A DNA stretch of 64,000 nucleotides from Candidatus Bathyarchaeota archaeon (GCA_963815095.1 CAWFFH010000003.1:1312001-1376000), one strand, 5' to 3'. Shown: positions 13,034 through 23,512, numbered from the stretch's first letter. Notes: generated by a model not told the origin, from the letters alone. Numbers and translations are program-made.

Positions 13034-13222
13034 ATGGCAACTAAAAAATCTACAGGTGAAATTCGGGCACTTCTAAGCAAAGCTGAGCTTGATTTTGAGT
13101 CAGTAGTGAATAGGGCGTTGAATGATTATCTTCCAAAATTATTTCATATCTGCCCATTTACAGAGGACGTATGTTCAACAAAGCAATGCTTAGAATGTGA
13201 AGTCTCCAAAAACTCTGTTTGA
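13034..13222 (+). CDS. Small protein with a C-terminal Cys cluster (possible Zn-binding regulator)
   Basis: 62 aa; FESVVNRALNDYL helix followed by CPFTEDVCSTKQCLEC. Confidence 0.6.
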   Translation: MATKKSTGEIRALLSKAELDFESVVNRALNDYLPKLFHICPFTEDVCSTKQCLECEVSKNSV

Positions 13223-13504
13223 CGGACTTTTCAGCCAGTTTAGCTCCTCTAAAAGTCATTTTTTTGTTGGCAATTTCTGCTAGTACGTTGCTTCTCTTAT
13301 GCCTAATCCGAACCGTGTTGCCGCTCTTAAGCTGTATTAATCTTCCATGGGCGGTACTCCAGTCTTCCACGGTTACTTCTCGGCGAATCGCGCTATAATT
13401 CCTGATCGAAAAATTAATGACCATCCCGAACAATAATGAGAAAGCAGGAAAGTGCATTTAAAAGCTTGAAAATAAATTGGCGCCCTGAACCTGACGTTAT
13501 CGCT

Positions 13505-13834
13505 ATGGTCATTTCAAAAAATAATGTGAACGTTAGACTAACCGAGGAACGATGGTTCCATATAGCCGAATATCACCGGGAACTCATGAATTTTCAGCTC
13601 GAAATTCTGTTGACCATTGCTGAGCCCGACAGAGTTTACCGCTCACCGACAGGGATGGAACCGAATTTTGCCGCCATTAAAGTCTTTGATCGACTTGCAG
13701 ATTTTGGCTTGGCAAAGAATCTCACAGTTCATTACAAAGAGCAACCGGGATCCAGTGGATTTATATTAACGGCTTTCGTCATTTCTGATAAGAGGCTTAC
13801 GAAGAGGTTTAGATTATGGCAGAGATTAAAATGA
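13505..13834 (+). CDS. Putative RelE/BECR-fold ribonuclease toxin
   Basis: VRLTEERWFHIAEYH...TIAEPDRV...GFILTAF pattern; overlaps the DUF2283 gene. ORF track start is 13436; ATG 13505 looks more likely. Confidence 0.65.
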   Translation: MVISKNNVNVRLTEERWFHIAEYHRELMNFQLEILLTIAEPDRVYRSPTGMEPNFAAIKVFDRLADFGLAKNLTVHYKEQPGSSGFILTAFVISDKRLTKRFRLWQRLK

Positions 13835-14094
13835 GAATGGCCATAGATCCGTTCAGAACCGTGGGAAACGCCTTGTCTTGTGCCAGAAAACTAAAACTGC
13901 CCCAAACAATGGTTTCTATTGATTACGACGATGAAGCAGATGTTCTGTATGTAAAATTTAAGCACGCAAAGATAGTTGATAACAACTCTCTTGACGATAA
14001 GGGGCTTGTTACCGCATCTTTAGATGAACGCGGAAAAGTTGTTGGATTAGTGATTATGGAAGCTTCAAAGTTCACTGAAGAATGCAAAAACTAA
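13816..14094 (+). CDS. DUF2283 domain protein (putative antitoxin)
   Basis: IDYDDEADVLYVKF...LDERGKVVGLVIMEAS signature. Confidence 0.85.
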   Translation: MAEIKMRMAIDPFRTVGNALSCARKLKLPQTMVSIDYDDEADVLYVKFKHAKIVDNNSLDDKGLVTASLDERGKVVGLVIMEASKFTEECKN

Positions 14095-14475
14095 AGCCTA
14101 ATCTTACGACGGCTTTTCCTCATTGAATTTTACAAAAATCTAAAATGAGACTTTTGGATTTATTTACCAAAAAAGATTATTATAGGATTTTGAAAGGAAG
14201 AACTTTGCTTTTACAAATTGGGTGACCCATGTTTTTTATGTTGGGTTATTTTGCTAGGGCGTTGCTTCTTAAGATGCCCACGCCGAACAATGTGCTGTTC
14301 TCATTGGGTCACCTATTTTTCCCACGTATATATTCGTGCGACTGATTGCTTTCTACCCGCAGGTTGCCAGTTCAAGGGTTATTCTGCCATCTTCCAGCAT
14401 TTCTACTGGCAGATTAGGTCTCCTAAATCTAAAAGTCCACGAATGGCAAATGCTTAAATGTAAATCTTCCATATA

Positions 14476-14724
14476 GTGGTACTTGAAATAAAGATGGAAA
14501 CTGAAATAATCGTAAAAAAGAAAGGTCAGACTACCATTCCAGTCGGAATCCGCAAAAAATTCAAGATAGAGGAAGGAACACGACTGGAAGTAGTAGAAAC
14601 AGCTGACGGAATATTATTGAAGCCTAAAAAGTCATTCTGGGACATGCTTGGAGCTTATTCACAGTATGGAACTCCAGAAGAAGTAAAAAAAGAGCTAGAC
14701 GAGCTCAGACATGAAGACGAATAA
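14476..14724 (+). CDS. vapB: AbrB/MazE/SpoVT family antitoxin (VapB-like)
   Basis: KKGQTTIPVGIRKKFKIEEGTRLEV...GILLKP; start could be ATG 14494. Confidence 0.85.
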   Translation: MVLEIKMETEIIVKKKGQTTIPVGIRKKFKIEEGTRLEVVETADGILLKPKKSFWDMLGAYSQYGTPEEVKKELDELRHEDE

Positions 14725-15098
14725 AGTAGTATATGACACCCGATTCTTCGTGGAATCGTTCTATTCCAATAATGAATCGACCCTTAAAAGAATTCGGCAA
14801 CATAAAACAGTGGAAAGATATATCTCAGCAGTGGTAATCCATGAAGTCTACCGCCTTGCTCTTTCTCGTGAAGGAAGAGAAATCGCAAAAATAAAGGTCA
14901 CAAACATAAAAAAGACATTCAAGGTTGTTGCAGTGGACGATCAGATTGCTGCAGCTTTCAGCTGAATTTAGGCATAAATATCAGCTTTCTATGGGTGACA
15001 GTATGATTGCCGCCACTGCATCCACCTTGAAGGCGGTCTGCGTTACGGATGACCCTCATTTTAAGAAAATTAACGAAATAGAAACCGAATGGGTCTAA
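14711..15098 (+). CDS. vapC: PIN-domain toxin VapC (one frameshift near 14955)
   Basis: VVYDTRFF, ISAVVIHEVY, then in a shifted frame LSMGDSMIAATA...VTDDPHF; stop at 15096-15098. Confidence 0.8.
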
Positions 15099-15185
15099 AA
15101 GACTCAGCCCACTTTTTGCCCATAGTGTCGGTGTTTTTATGTTGACCATCTTTGCTATGGCGTTGCTTCTTGGTATGGCTAAAAA

Positions 15186-15475
15186 CTAAAGCTCTTTCGA
15201 GAGATTCTCAATTTTCTTTCGAACGCCAACAATTTGTTTACGAACATCAATAGTTAAGGTGAATACTCCTTTGAGCGAATCAACCAGCTTCTCATCACTG
15301 AGCATTTCTATTATGTTGTTGACTTGTTTTTTCAATACTTCAGCCTTTCCTCTTCTGAGGTGCGTTAGAACCTTGTCCATGTCCGAGTTCTCCATTAACA
15401 TTACTGTGTCTCGAACATCTGTTCTTCTTGCTGAATGAATCTTGAATGCAATCATCAATTCATTCTCAGGAAATC
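15186..15475 (-). pseudogene. Nucleotidyltransferase AbiEii-like protein, C-terminal fragment
   Basis: LMIAFKIHSARRTDVRD resembles the K..S.R..D..D motif; N-terminus missing. Confidence 0.5.
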
Positions 15476-15542
15476 TACACTTTTAACACATTTGGCAGAA
15501 CTAAAATTTTTTAGTGACTCAAGATGTCGCAAACACGTATGC

Positions 15543-15911
15543 CTATTTCAGTTCCCCTAAAACCTTGTTAAATAGAGGCTTCAGCTTTGGAAGAATGTCT
15601 TTTGCCGTAAACCATAACAATTCAGTATCAACGCTAAAATACTCATGAGTAAGGTCTGTCCTTATATCTGCTAATCTAGCGTAAGGGATGCGGTAAGTAT
15701 AGAATAGGTTTTTAATTTGCCTATGTTTTGCAAGGACACGTACGGCCTCGCCTATGTTTCTCATGAGGTCGTCCACCGCGTAAACTTTCACTTCATCTTT
15801 TAGAAATTCCTCTTTGGTCAAGTCTCTGGTGAATTTTTCTATTTTCTCAATGTAAAAAATAATTTCAGAGAGATAGAGTCTTGGACTTCTTTCCAGATGA
15901 TCTTTACTCAT
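15543..15911 (-). CDS. hepT: HEPN ribonuclease toxin (HepT/DUF86)
   Basis: IGEAVR and RTDLTHEY (RX4H followed by Tyr). Confidence 0.85.
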   Translation of the reverse strand: MSKDHLERSPRLYLSEIIFYIEKIEKFTRDLTKEEFLKDEVKVYAVDDLMRNIGEAVRVLAKHRQIKNLFYTYRIPYARLADIRTDLTHEYFSVDTELLWFTAKDILPKLKPLFNKVLGELK

Positions 15912-16204
15912 ACTGATATCGCTTCATTTAACACGTGATCCTTAATGATCGGGTTTAGGAAATTTTTGGATACCACATCTACCTTCACACGTAGTTTTCT
16001 TCTAAGGTAATGTCTAAGACCAGCCACTAAGAGTAAATCCGCCCCTTCAGAATAAGTCACGAGAATATCAATATCGCTTTTATCAGTCTGTTCGCGCCTT
16101 GCGTAAGACCCAAAGATGTCTATTGTCTCCACTTTGAAACGTTTCTTAAGCGTAGGCTTCAACTCCTGAAGCTGCTGTTTTACATCTTCAAGTGACCTTT
16201 GCAT
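15908..16204 (-). CDS. mntA: Minimal nucleotidyltransferase antitoxin
   Basis: FGSYARREQTDKSDIDIL (GSX10DXD); overlaps hepT. Confidence 0.9.
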   Translation of the reverse strand: MQRSLEDVKQQLQELKPTLKKRFKVETIDIFGSYARREQTDKSDIDILVTYSEGADLLLVAGLRHYLRRKLRVKVDVVSKNFLNPIIKDHVLNEAISV

Positions 16205-16568
16205 ATCTTAAAGGCTCTTTAATCTGATTTTGATATTACTTTTGGCGTTTGTTCTCTTTAACTTTATCGGAGAAAAATCCAGCTGTTCTATCTAGAAAAT
16301 ACCTTACACTCTTGCGTAATATGAGTACAAGAGTGGAGAGGGCATGGATTGAGATTTAGATCCGCTGAAAGCTTAAGATTGTCAGAAAGAGGGTGCAGGG
16401 CTGCTCTGTGACGGAGATTTGTACTTCGACAAAGATAAGCAGAGACGTGAACGAGAAGATCAAAAGTGACTGACGCTCACCCACTTTCTTCCTGTATCTA
16501 ACAGATGCGCCAGCGTAGGTTACCTTTAAAAATCAATTGAACACCAGTTTTTTGTTAGTGTACTTACA

Positions 16569-16586
16569 CAGTCACAAAGGTTTATT
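16569..16586 (+). promoter_or_regulatory. CAGTCACA-N4-TATA promoter motif
   Basis: CAGTCACA aagg TTTATT; TATA starts 38 bp before ATG 16619; same motif and spacing at 50711 and 52568 on the minus strand. Confidence 0.6.
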
Positions 16587-16618
16587 GAAATAAGCGTTTT
16601 AATGTTTATAGTGAAATT

Positions 16619-16804
16619 ATGTCGGAACCAGATTTTCCTTATTCAAAGAAACCCAATAAACCAAAAATCGGAGCCCCTCCGCCCCCAACGCCCTCTCCTG
16701 ATTTGCCTCCGGGACATCCACCAAACACTCCACCCGTCAAAACACAGCCGACTACAAAGCGTTCAATCAAAAAACCTAAAGCACCAGCTGCAGACGAAAG
16801 TTAG
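16619..16804 (+). CDS. Small Pro/Lys-rich disordered protein
   Basis: 61 aa with its own TATA promoter and a T-rich terminator downstream. Confidence 0.55.
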   Translation: MSEPDFPYSKKPNKPKIGAPPPPTPSPDLPPGHPPNTPPVKTQPTTKRSIKKPKAPAADES

Positions 16805-16912
16805 TTTGGCTTTGTTCACAAAATTATTTTTCTTTTTATTTCCATTCCCATATTTTAAGTGTCCAATCGCCGTTTTCATCAGTCTCAAACTCTGACACCC
16901 CAATTACCTCGT

Positions 16913-17160
16913 TTAATCGATTGAGTTTCTCAGAACTAGTACTAAAGTTGCTTCCCGAAAAGAAGCAGCCCGCCCCTTTCCGACCGCAACGCTCAACCTT
17001 CTAATTCTCATAATTGCAACATCATGATCTAAAGTAGTAATTGGTCCATTTCCTTTCTCCATCAACACACCATTCGGCATCCGTGAAAAAACACCTGTCG
17101 ACGCATACGTCGCATCAATTCCAAAAATCTTTCCTGAACCACTTACAGTCATTTCAGTAT
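16913..17160 (-). pseudogene. Fragment of a hypothetical beta-rich protein
   Basis: MTVSGSGKIFGIDATYASTGVFSRMPNGVLMEKGNG reads as protein-like; no clear start. Confidence 0.35.
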
Positions 17161-17164
17161 GTTC

Positions 17165-17320
17165 CCCAGGAAGAATGATTCTGATTTTATTTCACCGCCC
17201 CGCACATAGGTCGCCGCTATTACGCTAGTTGTCGAAATCTTCTTTCTATGAATTTAAAAGAGGCTGGCATATTGCCGTCTCCGAAAAGCCGCTTGCCAGT
17301 GCCACTGGAAATACAACTGG
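17165..17320 (-). pseudogene. RibD C-terminal/dihydrofolate reductase-like protein, 3' remnant
   Basis: Manual translation across a frameshift: GTGKRLFGDGNMPASFKF..KISTTSVIAATYVRGGEIK. Confidence 0.6.
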
Positions 17321-17370
17321 AAGTTCAATATTACAAAAGCTTATAACCAGAACGAAACAAAATATGTTTG

Positions 17371-17403
17371 ATTGAACGAGGGCAATTATGCTTCTTGCTC
17401 AAT
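17371..17403 (+). promoter_or_regulatory. 5'-leader hairpin of propeller gene 1
   Basis: ATTGAACGAG...CTTGCTCAAT starting 30 bp after TTATAA (17341); homologous to 20368-20400. Confidence 0.6.
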
Positions 17404-17425
17404 ACAAATTTTTGAGGAAAGAAAA

Positions 17426-20077
17426 ATGCAAAAACCAAAAAATAAAATTATGGCTCTTACGATTGCAACATTACTAATAATATCTATGTCAGCTTCAATC
17501 ATGCTAATACCAAACACTAACGCGCATTCACCACCATGGACTATTATTTCCTATGCCTATCTCACAGTTGCGCCTCAACCCGTGGGTGTCGGTCAACCAA
17601 TATCAGTTGCTATGTGGGTTGATACAGCTTTACCAGGGGCAACTGTTACTAATCCTATTAGACGAACAGGCTACGAACTTACTATCACGGCACCTGACGG
17701 AACAGTCTCAACACAAACGTGGGCAACGATTGGTGATTCAACGGGAATACAGTCTTACTATTTTACACCTATTCAAGCCGGAAACTATACGTTCGTTTTT
17801 AATTATCCTGGACAAACGTATATTTGGACTTCAAGCACTCCTGGCGCAAACACAGCGTATACAGGCGACATTTTCACAGCATCCAATGCCACACAAGTCT
17901 TAACCGTGCAGCAAGATCCAATTCAAGAACCAACCGGCCCTTCACTTCCAACTGAGTACTGGACATACCCAATAGAGGGACAAAACTACAATTGGTACAC
18001 AATCGCGTCAAACTGGCTTTCAACACCCTACATCAAAGGTGCTAACCCATCCTACGGTATTCCAGGTGGTTACCAACCATACGGCTCAGCGCCAACCAGC
18101 GCCCACATAATGTGGACAAACCCCATTCAGTACGGAGGAGTTGCTGGAGGAAATGATACCAATGTTCCAGGCGAATCATATTATCAAGGCGGCTCATACA
18201 ATACCAGATTCAACAACCCAATAATAATTCAAGGAACATTATTCTTCCAACTACCATTCGGTGAAACAGGTACCGGCGGAAATTACGTTGCATGGGACCT
18301 AAAGACAGGTCAACAACTTTGGAGCATTAACGCATCAGCAACAGGCGTCTCTCTCGTACCATCATTTGGTTATCTCTACTCTATGGACCAGCCAAACCAA
18401 CATGGCGTCTTACCCAATGGTTTACTTGTCGCAACAACAAATGCATATGCAGGTCTTGGCACGGTATGGAGAACATATGACCCAATGACGGGCGTACTTA
18501 CACCGATGAATATTACTAACGTTCCAGGTGGATCAAACGTAGCAGGTCCAGCAGGCGAATACTTAAAACTAATTCTTACTAATTACGGAACCACAGCAAA
18601 TCCCAACTGGTATTTAGCAGAATGGAATTCATCTAAGGTATTTGGCGTTTATGCAGGCACAGGCACAAGCTTTTGGTACACGGGAACAGTAAATGCAAGT
18701 TTGCCATCATGTTACGACTGGAATGTTTCATTAAACCTTAGTCCAGGCTCTTGGAATATTGGGACAGCCGCATCTGGTGCTGGTCCACTAATTGACTTGG
18801 GTAACATGGCACTTTTGATTCAGGGAACTTTCGGAGGACATGTTAGCGACTTCGGCGCAACAGTAACCAGCGATCCAGCGAACATTACAGCTATAAGCCT
18901 AAACCCGCAAACAATAGGAAGCGTATTGTGGAAACAATCTTATCAGCAAGCACCTGGCAACAACACGCGAACAATTTGTGGCTGGGATCCAACGAACGCA
19001 GTCTTCATCTTCGAAGACAAAGAGAGTATGACGCATTATGGCTATAGCTTGACAAACGGACAACTATTGTGGGGTCCGGTGGGTGTTCCAAGAGGCATTA
19101 GTACAGATTGGAACTACTTGAGCCTCGACCAAGACCAAGTTGCATACGGCAACCTCTACTGGTTCGGCTATACCGGATTCCTCTACTGCTTCAACGATAA
19201 GACTGGAACTCTAGAATGGACCTACGGAAATGGCGGAGAAGGCAACAGCACCTATGCCGGATTTATAACACCCTATGGCTATTACCCCGTGTTTATAAGC
19301 GCTATTGCCGACGGAAAGATCTACTTGGTCAGTAGTGAGCATTCTCCCAACTCTCCACTTTACCAGGGCGAACAATTACGTTGTGTCAACGCCACCAGCG
19401 GAGAAGAAATATGGACTATAGATAACTTTGCCAACTGTATGTATGGTGGTGTCACCCCCATTGCCAGTGGTTACCTAGTAACCGATAACACCTATAATCA
19501 GCAAATCTACTGTTATGGCCGCGGACCTAGCCAATTAACTGTTACATCGCCTCAAACATCAATAGAACTGGGCAAATCACTTGTTATCAGCGGCATGGTA
19601 ACCGACATCTCTGCCGGCACAAAACAGAATGAACAGGCGGCACGCTTCCCAAACGGAGTTCCAGCAGTATCTGACGCAAGCCAAACTGGATGGATGGAAT
19701 ATGTCTACATGCAAAAACCACAACCAACAAACACTACTGGAGTCTCAGTTACGTTGAGCGTTGTTGACGCTAATGGTAACTTTAGAGAAATTGGAAAAAC
19801 CACGAGCACCGATGGATTCTTCAGCCTTAACTGGAAACCAGACATCGCAGGCGCATACACAGTCTACGCATCATTCGGCGGCTCTGAATCCTACTATCCA
19901 TCACACGCTGTAACAGCATTCGCCGTTGACTCAGCAACACCTACTGCGACACCAACTGCATTACCAACACAATCAACAACTGACATGTACTTTGTTCCCG
20001 CTATCGCAGGTTTGTTTGTCTTAATCATCGTAGTAGCAATAGTATTAGCCCTATTGATGCCAAGAAAACGAGCATAA
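17426..20077 (+). CDS. Secreted PQQ-binding-like beta-propeller repeat protein with C-terminal TM anchor (paralog 1)
   Basis: GAGG RBS + ATG 17426; signal peptide-AHSPPW, LPTEYW, DLKTGQQLW, EHSP, YFVPAIAG-TM-RKRA. Confidence 0.9.
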   Translation: MQKPKNKIMALTIATLLIISMSASIMLIPNTNAHSPPWTIISYAYLTVAPQPVGVGQPISVAMWVDTALPGATVTNPIRRTGYELTITAPDGTVSTQTWATIGDSTGIQSYYFTPIQAGNYTFVFNYPGQTYIWTSSTPGANTAYTGDIFTASNATQVLTVQQDPIQEPTGPSLPTEYWTYPIEGQNYNWYTIASNWLSTPYIKGANPSYGIPGGYQPYGSAPTSAHIMWTNPIQYGGVAGGNDTNVPGESYYQGGSYNTRFNNPIIIQGTLFFQLPFGETGTGGNYVAWDLKTGQQLWSINASATGVSLVPSFGYLYSMDQPNQHGVLPNGLLVATTNAYAGLGTVWRTYDPMTGVLTPMNITNVPGGSNVAGPAGEYLKLILTNYGTTANPNWYLAEWNSSKVFGVYAGTGTSFWYTGTVNASLPSCYDWNVSLNLSPGSWNIGTAASGAGPLIDLGNMALLIQGTFGGHVSDFGATVTSDPANITAISLNPQTIGSVLWKQSYQQAPGNNTRTICGWDPTNAVFIFEDKESMTHYGYSLTNGQLLWGPVGVPRGISTDWNYLSLDQDQVAYGNLYWFGYTGFLYCFNDKTGTLEWTYGNGGEGNSTYAGFITPYGYYPVFISAIADGKIYLVSSEHSPNSPLYQGEQLRCVNATSGEEIWTIDNFANCMYGGVTPIASGYLVTDNTYNQQIYCYGRGPSQLTVTSPQTSIELGKSLVISGMVTDISAGTKQNEQAARFPNGVPAVSDASQTGWMEYVYMQKPQPTNTTGVSVTLSVVDANGNFREIGKTTSTDGFFSLNWKPDIAGAYTVYASFGGSESYYPSHAVTAFAVDSATPTATPTALPTQSTTDMYFVPAIAGLFVLIIVVAIVLALLMPRKRA

Positions 20078-20141
20078 AAACACCCAATAAAACAAAAAAC
20101 AATCCTTCCCTTTTTTTAGTTTAAATTATCTATTGAAGAAT

Positions 20142-20232
20142 AATGGGGCTAAGAAGACTCTGGAAAAATTAAATGCTATTAGTAAATTGCATTGGTTCCT
20201 CTCTCCTAAAACAATCCCGAGCCTAAACCTTC
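20142..20232. repeat. Intergenic element, degenerate copy of 28875-28975
   Basis: Shared GGGCTRAGAAGRCTCTGG...TTGCATT...CTCC...TCCMGAGCCT. Confidence 0.65.
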
Positions 20233-20367
20233 CTTTCATAACAGTTTTTAAACGACAAAAAATAAACATCATTGAAAAATTCAAATTTAGTTTATTGTTT
20301 TTACGTCTAAATGACATTCCTGATATTTTGCAAAGTCTTATAAATTGTTGGAAATGAATAGGACTTG

Positions 20368-20400
20368 ATTGAGCGAGGCCCATAACGCTTCTTGCTCAAT
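20368..20400 (+). promoter_or_regulatory. 5'-leader hairpin of propeller gene 2
   Basis: ATTGAGCGAG...CTTGCTCAAT (10-bp stem, one G-U) starting 30 bp after TTATAAA (20338). Confidence 0.6.
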
Positions 20401-20425
20401 AAAAATTATTTTGAGGAAAAGAAAA

Positions 20426-22960
20426 ATGCAAAAACTAAAAAATAAAACCATGGCTATTCTGATTACTTTGATTTTGATAATTTCAATGAGTGCAGTATTT
20501 CTTCAACCAACAAATGCTCATACACCACCACAAGACATCAAAACATACGCTTTAATTTCTGCCGTACCTGACCCCATTGGTGTCGGACAACCAGTATCTA
20601 TCGTTATCTGGGCAGGATTAGTCCTACCTAATGCAGCTGTTGAAAACGACATAAGGTTCCATGACTATAAACTGATAATAACAAAACCAGATGGGAAAAC
20701 CGAAACAATGACATGGGCAACGGTTACAGACCCAACATCAACACAGTATATAAAATACATACCAGACCAAGTCGGACAATATTCGTTTGTTTTCAGCTAT
20801 CCAGACCAAGTTTATAGATGGAACGATACATCCGCTATGCGTACTTGGACAAACGACACATTCTTAGGCGCAACAAGCAAAACTCTCACAATCACTGTTC
20901 AAGAAGAACCATTGCCAGCTCCTATAGATAGTTACCCACTTCCAACTGAGTTTTGGTCTCGACCGATTGAAGGACAAAACACCTATTGGTTTACCATAGC
21001 ATCAAACTGGCTTGGAGAGTCACATCCACAAATTGCAGCCGGAAACAGGTATCAAGCAGACGGCTCAGCACCAAACAGTGCACACGTCTTATGGACAAAA
21101 CCTATTGATGCAGGAGGAGTAGTCGGAGGAAGTGACGTAGGCGTCCCAGGAAACATGTTCTATTCAGGACTTTCATACCAAGCACGGTTCACTAACCCAA
21201 TTATAATGAACGGAGTACTTTACTATCCTTTACCAAAACAAAACTCACCAACCGGTAACGGCTATATCGCAGTTGACTTGCAAACAGGACAAGAAATATG
21301 GCTCAACGACCAGATAACAAATCCGCCAACATTCGGATACTTATTCAGCTTTGACGATGAAAACCAGCACGGAGTTATTCCATCAGGATTGTTATTCACA
21401 AATAACTTTGCTAGCGGATATGAAGCATCTACTGGAAACAGTGTGATTAATGTCACAGGCGTTCCTTCAGGTGTTTCAGTCGTAGGACCTAGTGGAGAAA
21501 TATTACGTTACCAAATAGATGTTACACATCACTGGTTAGCACAATGGAACTCTTCAAAAGTAATATATCCACGATCTGGCACAGCAGTAGCACAACCTAA
21601 CTCGGTAGTAGCTAACTTACCAACTTGCTATGATTGGAACGTAACAATTCCAGACGATGTTAAATCAGGAACTACCCCCGCATTTGCATTATTAGATGAC
21701 ATAATAGTTGGAACTACCACACTATCTGGTTTTAGTGGTTTTGGAACACCAAGTCCTTATACCGTTTGGGCTCTTAGTCTAAAACCTGGACATGAAGGAA
21801 CTCTGCTCTGGATACAAAACTATACAGCACCTGATGGAGTAACAAGAAGACTTCCGACCGTAGATCCAATAAACAGAGTATTTATACTAAGAGACAAAGA
21901 AACAATGGTATTCCAAGGATACAACTTAGATACAGGAAACTACCTATGGACCACTAAACCAATAGATGGAGTTTCAGACTTTGAGTACTTTGACTTGACA
22001 TACATTTCAACCTTCTGGACAATTGCTTATGGTAACTTATACCACACTGGCTTAGGCGGAATTCTCTATTGCTATGATACAAAGACAGGCGATTTACAAT
22101 GGACATATGGTAACGGTGGAATAGGAAACAATACAAACAGTGAACTTCAAACTGCTTGGGGGAAATACCCACAATACATCTATGCACTTGCAGACGACAA
22201 AGTTTTCATCATGACTGGAGAGCACTCACCTGACTCACCACTATGGAAAGGCGGATTAGTTCGAGCAATTAACGCAACTGATGGAACCGAAGTCTGGACA
22301 TTATCAGGGTATGCAGGATATACAGCTCGTTCATATGCAGCTGTGGCAGACGGCATTTACGTATTTGACAACATCTATAACGCGGAAATAACAGCAATCG
22401 GTAAAGGTCCAAGCGCAATGACAATTGAAGCACCAATGACCGCAGCAACCCTAGGCTCAAGTATAATGATTAAAGGTACTATAACAGATATTTCAGCAGG
22501 AACGCAACAAAAAGAGCAAGCGGCAAGATTCCCCTATGGAGTTCCAGCGGTTTCAGATGCAAGCCAAAAAGGATGGATGGAATATGTGTATATGCAAAAA
22601 CCACGTCCAACAGACGCTGTCGGAGTACCTATAGTTCTAAGTGTAGTAGACTCAAATGGTAACTACAGAGATATAGGAACAACAACAAGCACCGATGGCT
22701 TCTTTAGTCTAAACTGGACGCCTGACATTGACGGACAATATACTGTTTATGCTTCTTTCGCAGGTTCAGAATCCTATTATCCTTCACACGCTTTGACATC
22801 ATTTGCAGTTGACCCAGCTGCAGTAACACAAGCTCCCACAGAGCACCCAGTAACACCAATGTCTGAACAATACTTTGTCCCTGCAATCGCCGGTCTATTC
22901 GTATTAGTCATACTCGGTTTTGCTGTACTGGCATTATTAGTACTGAGAAAACACCCGTAA
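20426..22960 (+). CDS. Secreted PQQ-binding-like beta-propeller repeat protein (paralog 2)
   Basis: Same architecture: AHTPPQ, LPTEFW, VDLQTGQEIW, EHSP, YFVPAIAG-TM-RKHP. Confidence 0.9.
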   Translation: MQKLKNKTMAILITLILIISMSAVFLQPTNAHTPPQDIKTYALISAVPDPIGVGQPVSIVIWAGLVLPNAAVENDIRFHDYKLIITKPDGKTETMTWATVTDPTSTQYIKYIPDQVGQYSFVFSYPDQVYRWNDTSAMRTWTNDTFLGATSKTLTITVQEEPLPAPIDSYPLPTEFWSRPIEGQNTYWFTIASNWLGESHPQIAAGNRYQADGSAPNSAHVLWTKPIDAGGVVGGSDVGVPGNMFYSGLSYQARFTNPIIMNGVLYYPLPKQNSPTGNGYIAVDLQTGQEIWLNDQITNPPTFGYLFSFDDENQHGVIPSGLLFTNNFASGYEASTGNSVINVTGVPSGVSVVGPSGEILRYQIDVTHHWLAQWNSSKVIYPRSGTAVAQPNSVVANLPTCYDWNVTIPDDVKSGTTPAFALLDDIIVGTTTLSGFSGFGTPSPYTVWALSLKPGHEGTLLWIQNYTAPDGVTRRLPTVDPINRVFILRDKETMVFQGYNLDTGNYLWTTKPIDGVSDFEYFDLTYISTFWTIAYGNLYHTGLGGILYCYDTKTGDLQWTYGNGGIGNNTNSELQTAWGKYPQYIYALADDKVFIMTGEHSPDSPLWKGGLVRAINATDGTEVWTLSGYAGYTARSYAAVADGIYVFDNIYNAEITAIGKGPSAMTIEAPMTAATLGSSIMIKGTITDISAGTQQKEQAARFPYGVPAVSDASQKGWMEYVYMQKPRPTDAVGVPIVLSVVDSNGNYRDIGTTTSTDGFFSLNWTPDIDGQYTVYASFAGSESYYPSHALTSFAVDPAAVTQAPTEHPVTPMSEQYFVPAIAGLFVLVILGFAVLALLVLRKHP

Positions 22961-22980
22961 AAGCACAAAAAAGAACTATC

Positions 22981-22995
22981 TTTCCCTTTTTTTAG
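22981..22995 (+). terminator. Oligo-T archaeal terminator
   Basis: TTTCCCTTTTTTTAG after the stop; similar tracts follow paralogs 1, 3 and 4. Confidence 0.55.
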
Positions 22996-23034
22996 TCAAA
23001 AATAAAATATTCAATTTATTCGAGAAAAGCAACT

Positions 23035-23332
23035 ATGGAAATCTGGTATTCGCCCCAAGAGACCCTATTCTTAGAATCAATTCAAACTTGCAAACGTCTC
23101 CGGATGGCTAACCAATAGCCGCCTAATAATAGTAGAACATAAGCCAGGCAAACTAAACGAAGGAAAACGCAAAGATTATCCGCTAAAATACTTTGCAAAA
23201 GCCCCAAATAAAAGACACACCCCTGACCGCAAAGTTCGAACCGTAAAAGTCAAAATCCGACTTTCAACTTACGCTCCCAACCTACTCCAAGAGATCAAAA
23301 ACTTCACGAGAAGAGTCCTCAAAATACTGTAA
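23035..23332 (+). pseudogene. Small hypothetical protein, frameshifted
   Basis: MEIWYSPQETLF.. / VSGWLTNSRLIIVEHKPG...LSTYAPNLLQEIKNF; 3' part homologous to 25778-25851. Confidence 0.45.
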
Positions 23333-23512
23333 CAAACGTAAAAAGGAGAGGCCAGACTTCAATGAAAGAAATTGGTTTTTGGCGGAAAAATACTCACCCT
23401 TAAGTGATACCTGCGCAAAAGAACTATATCCCAAAGCTCATTCACACTACGGTTGTAATACGCGTGAAAACATTTTTATCTTATTCATCGAAATAAAACA
23501 GAAAGTGAAAAT

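Noticed and set aside
23335-23510. Cobalamin riboswitch upstream of the cblT-like gene
   Set aside because: Only a short GCCAGAC resemblance; the conserved core and B12 box could not be found
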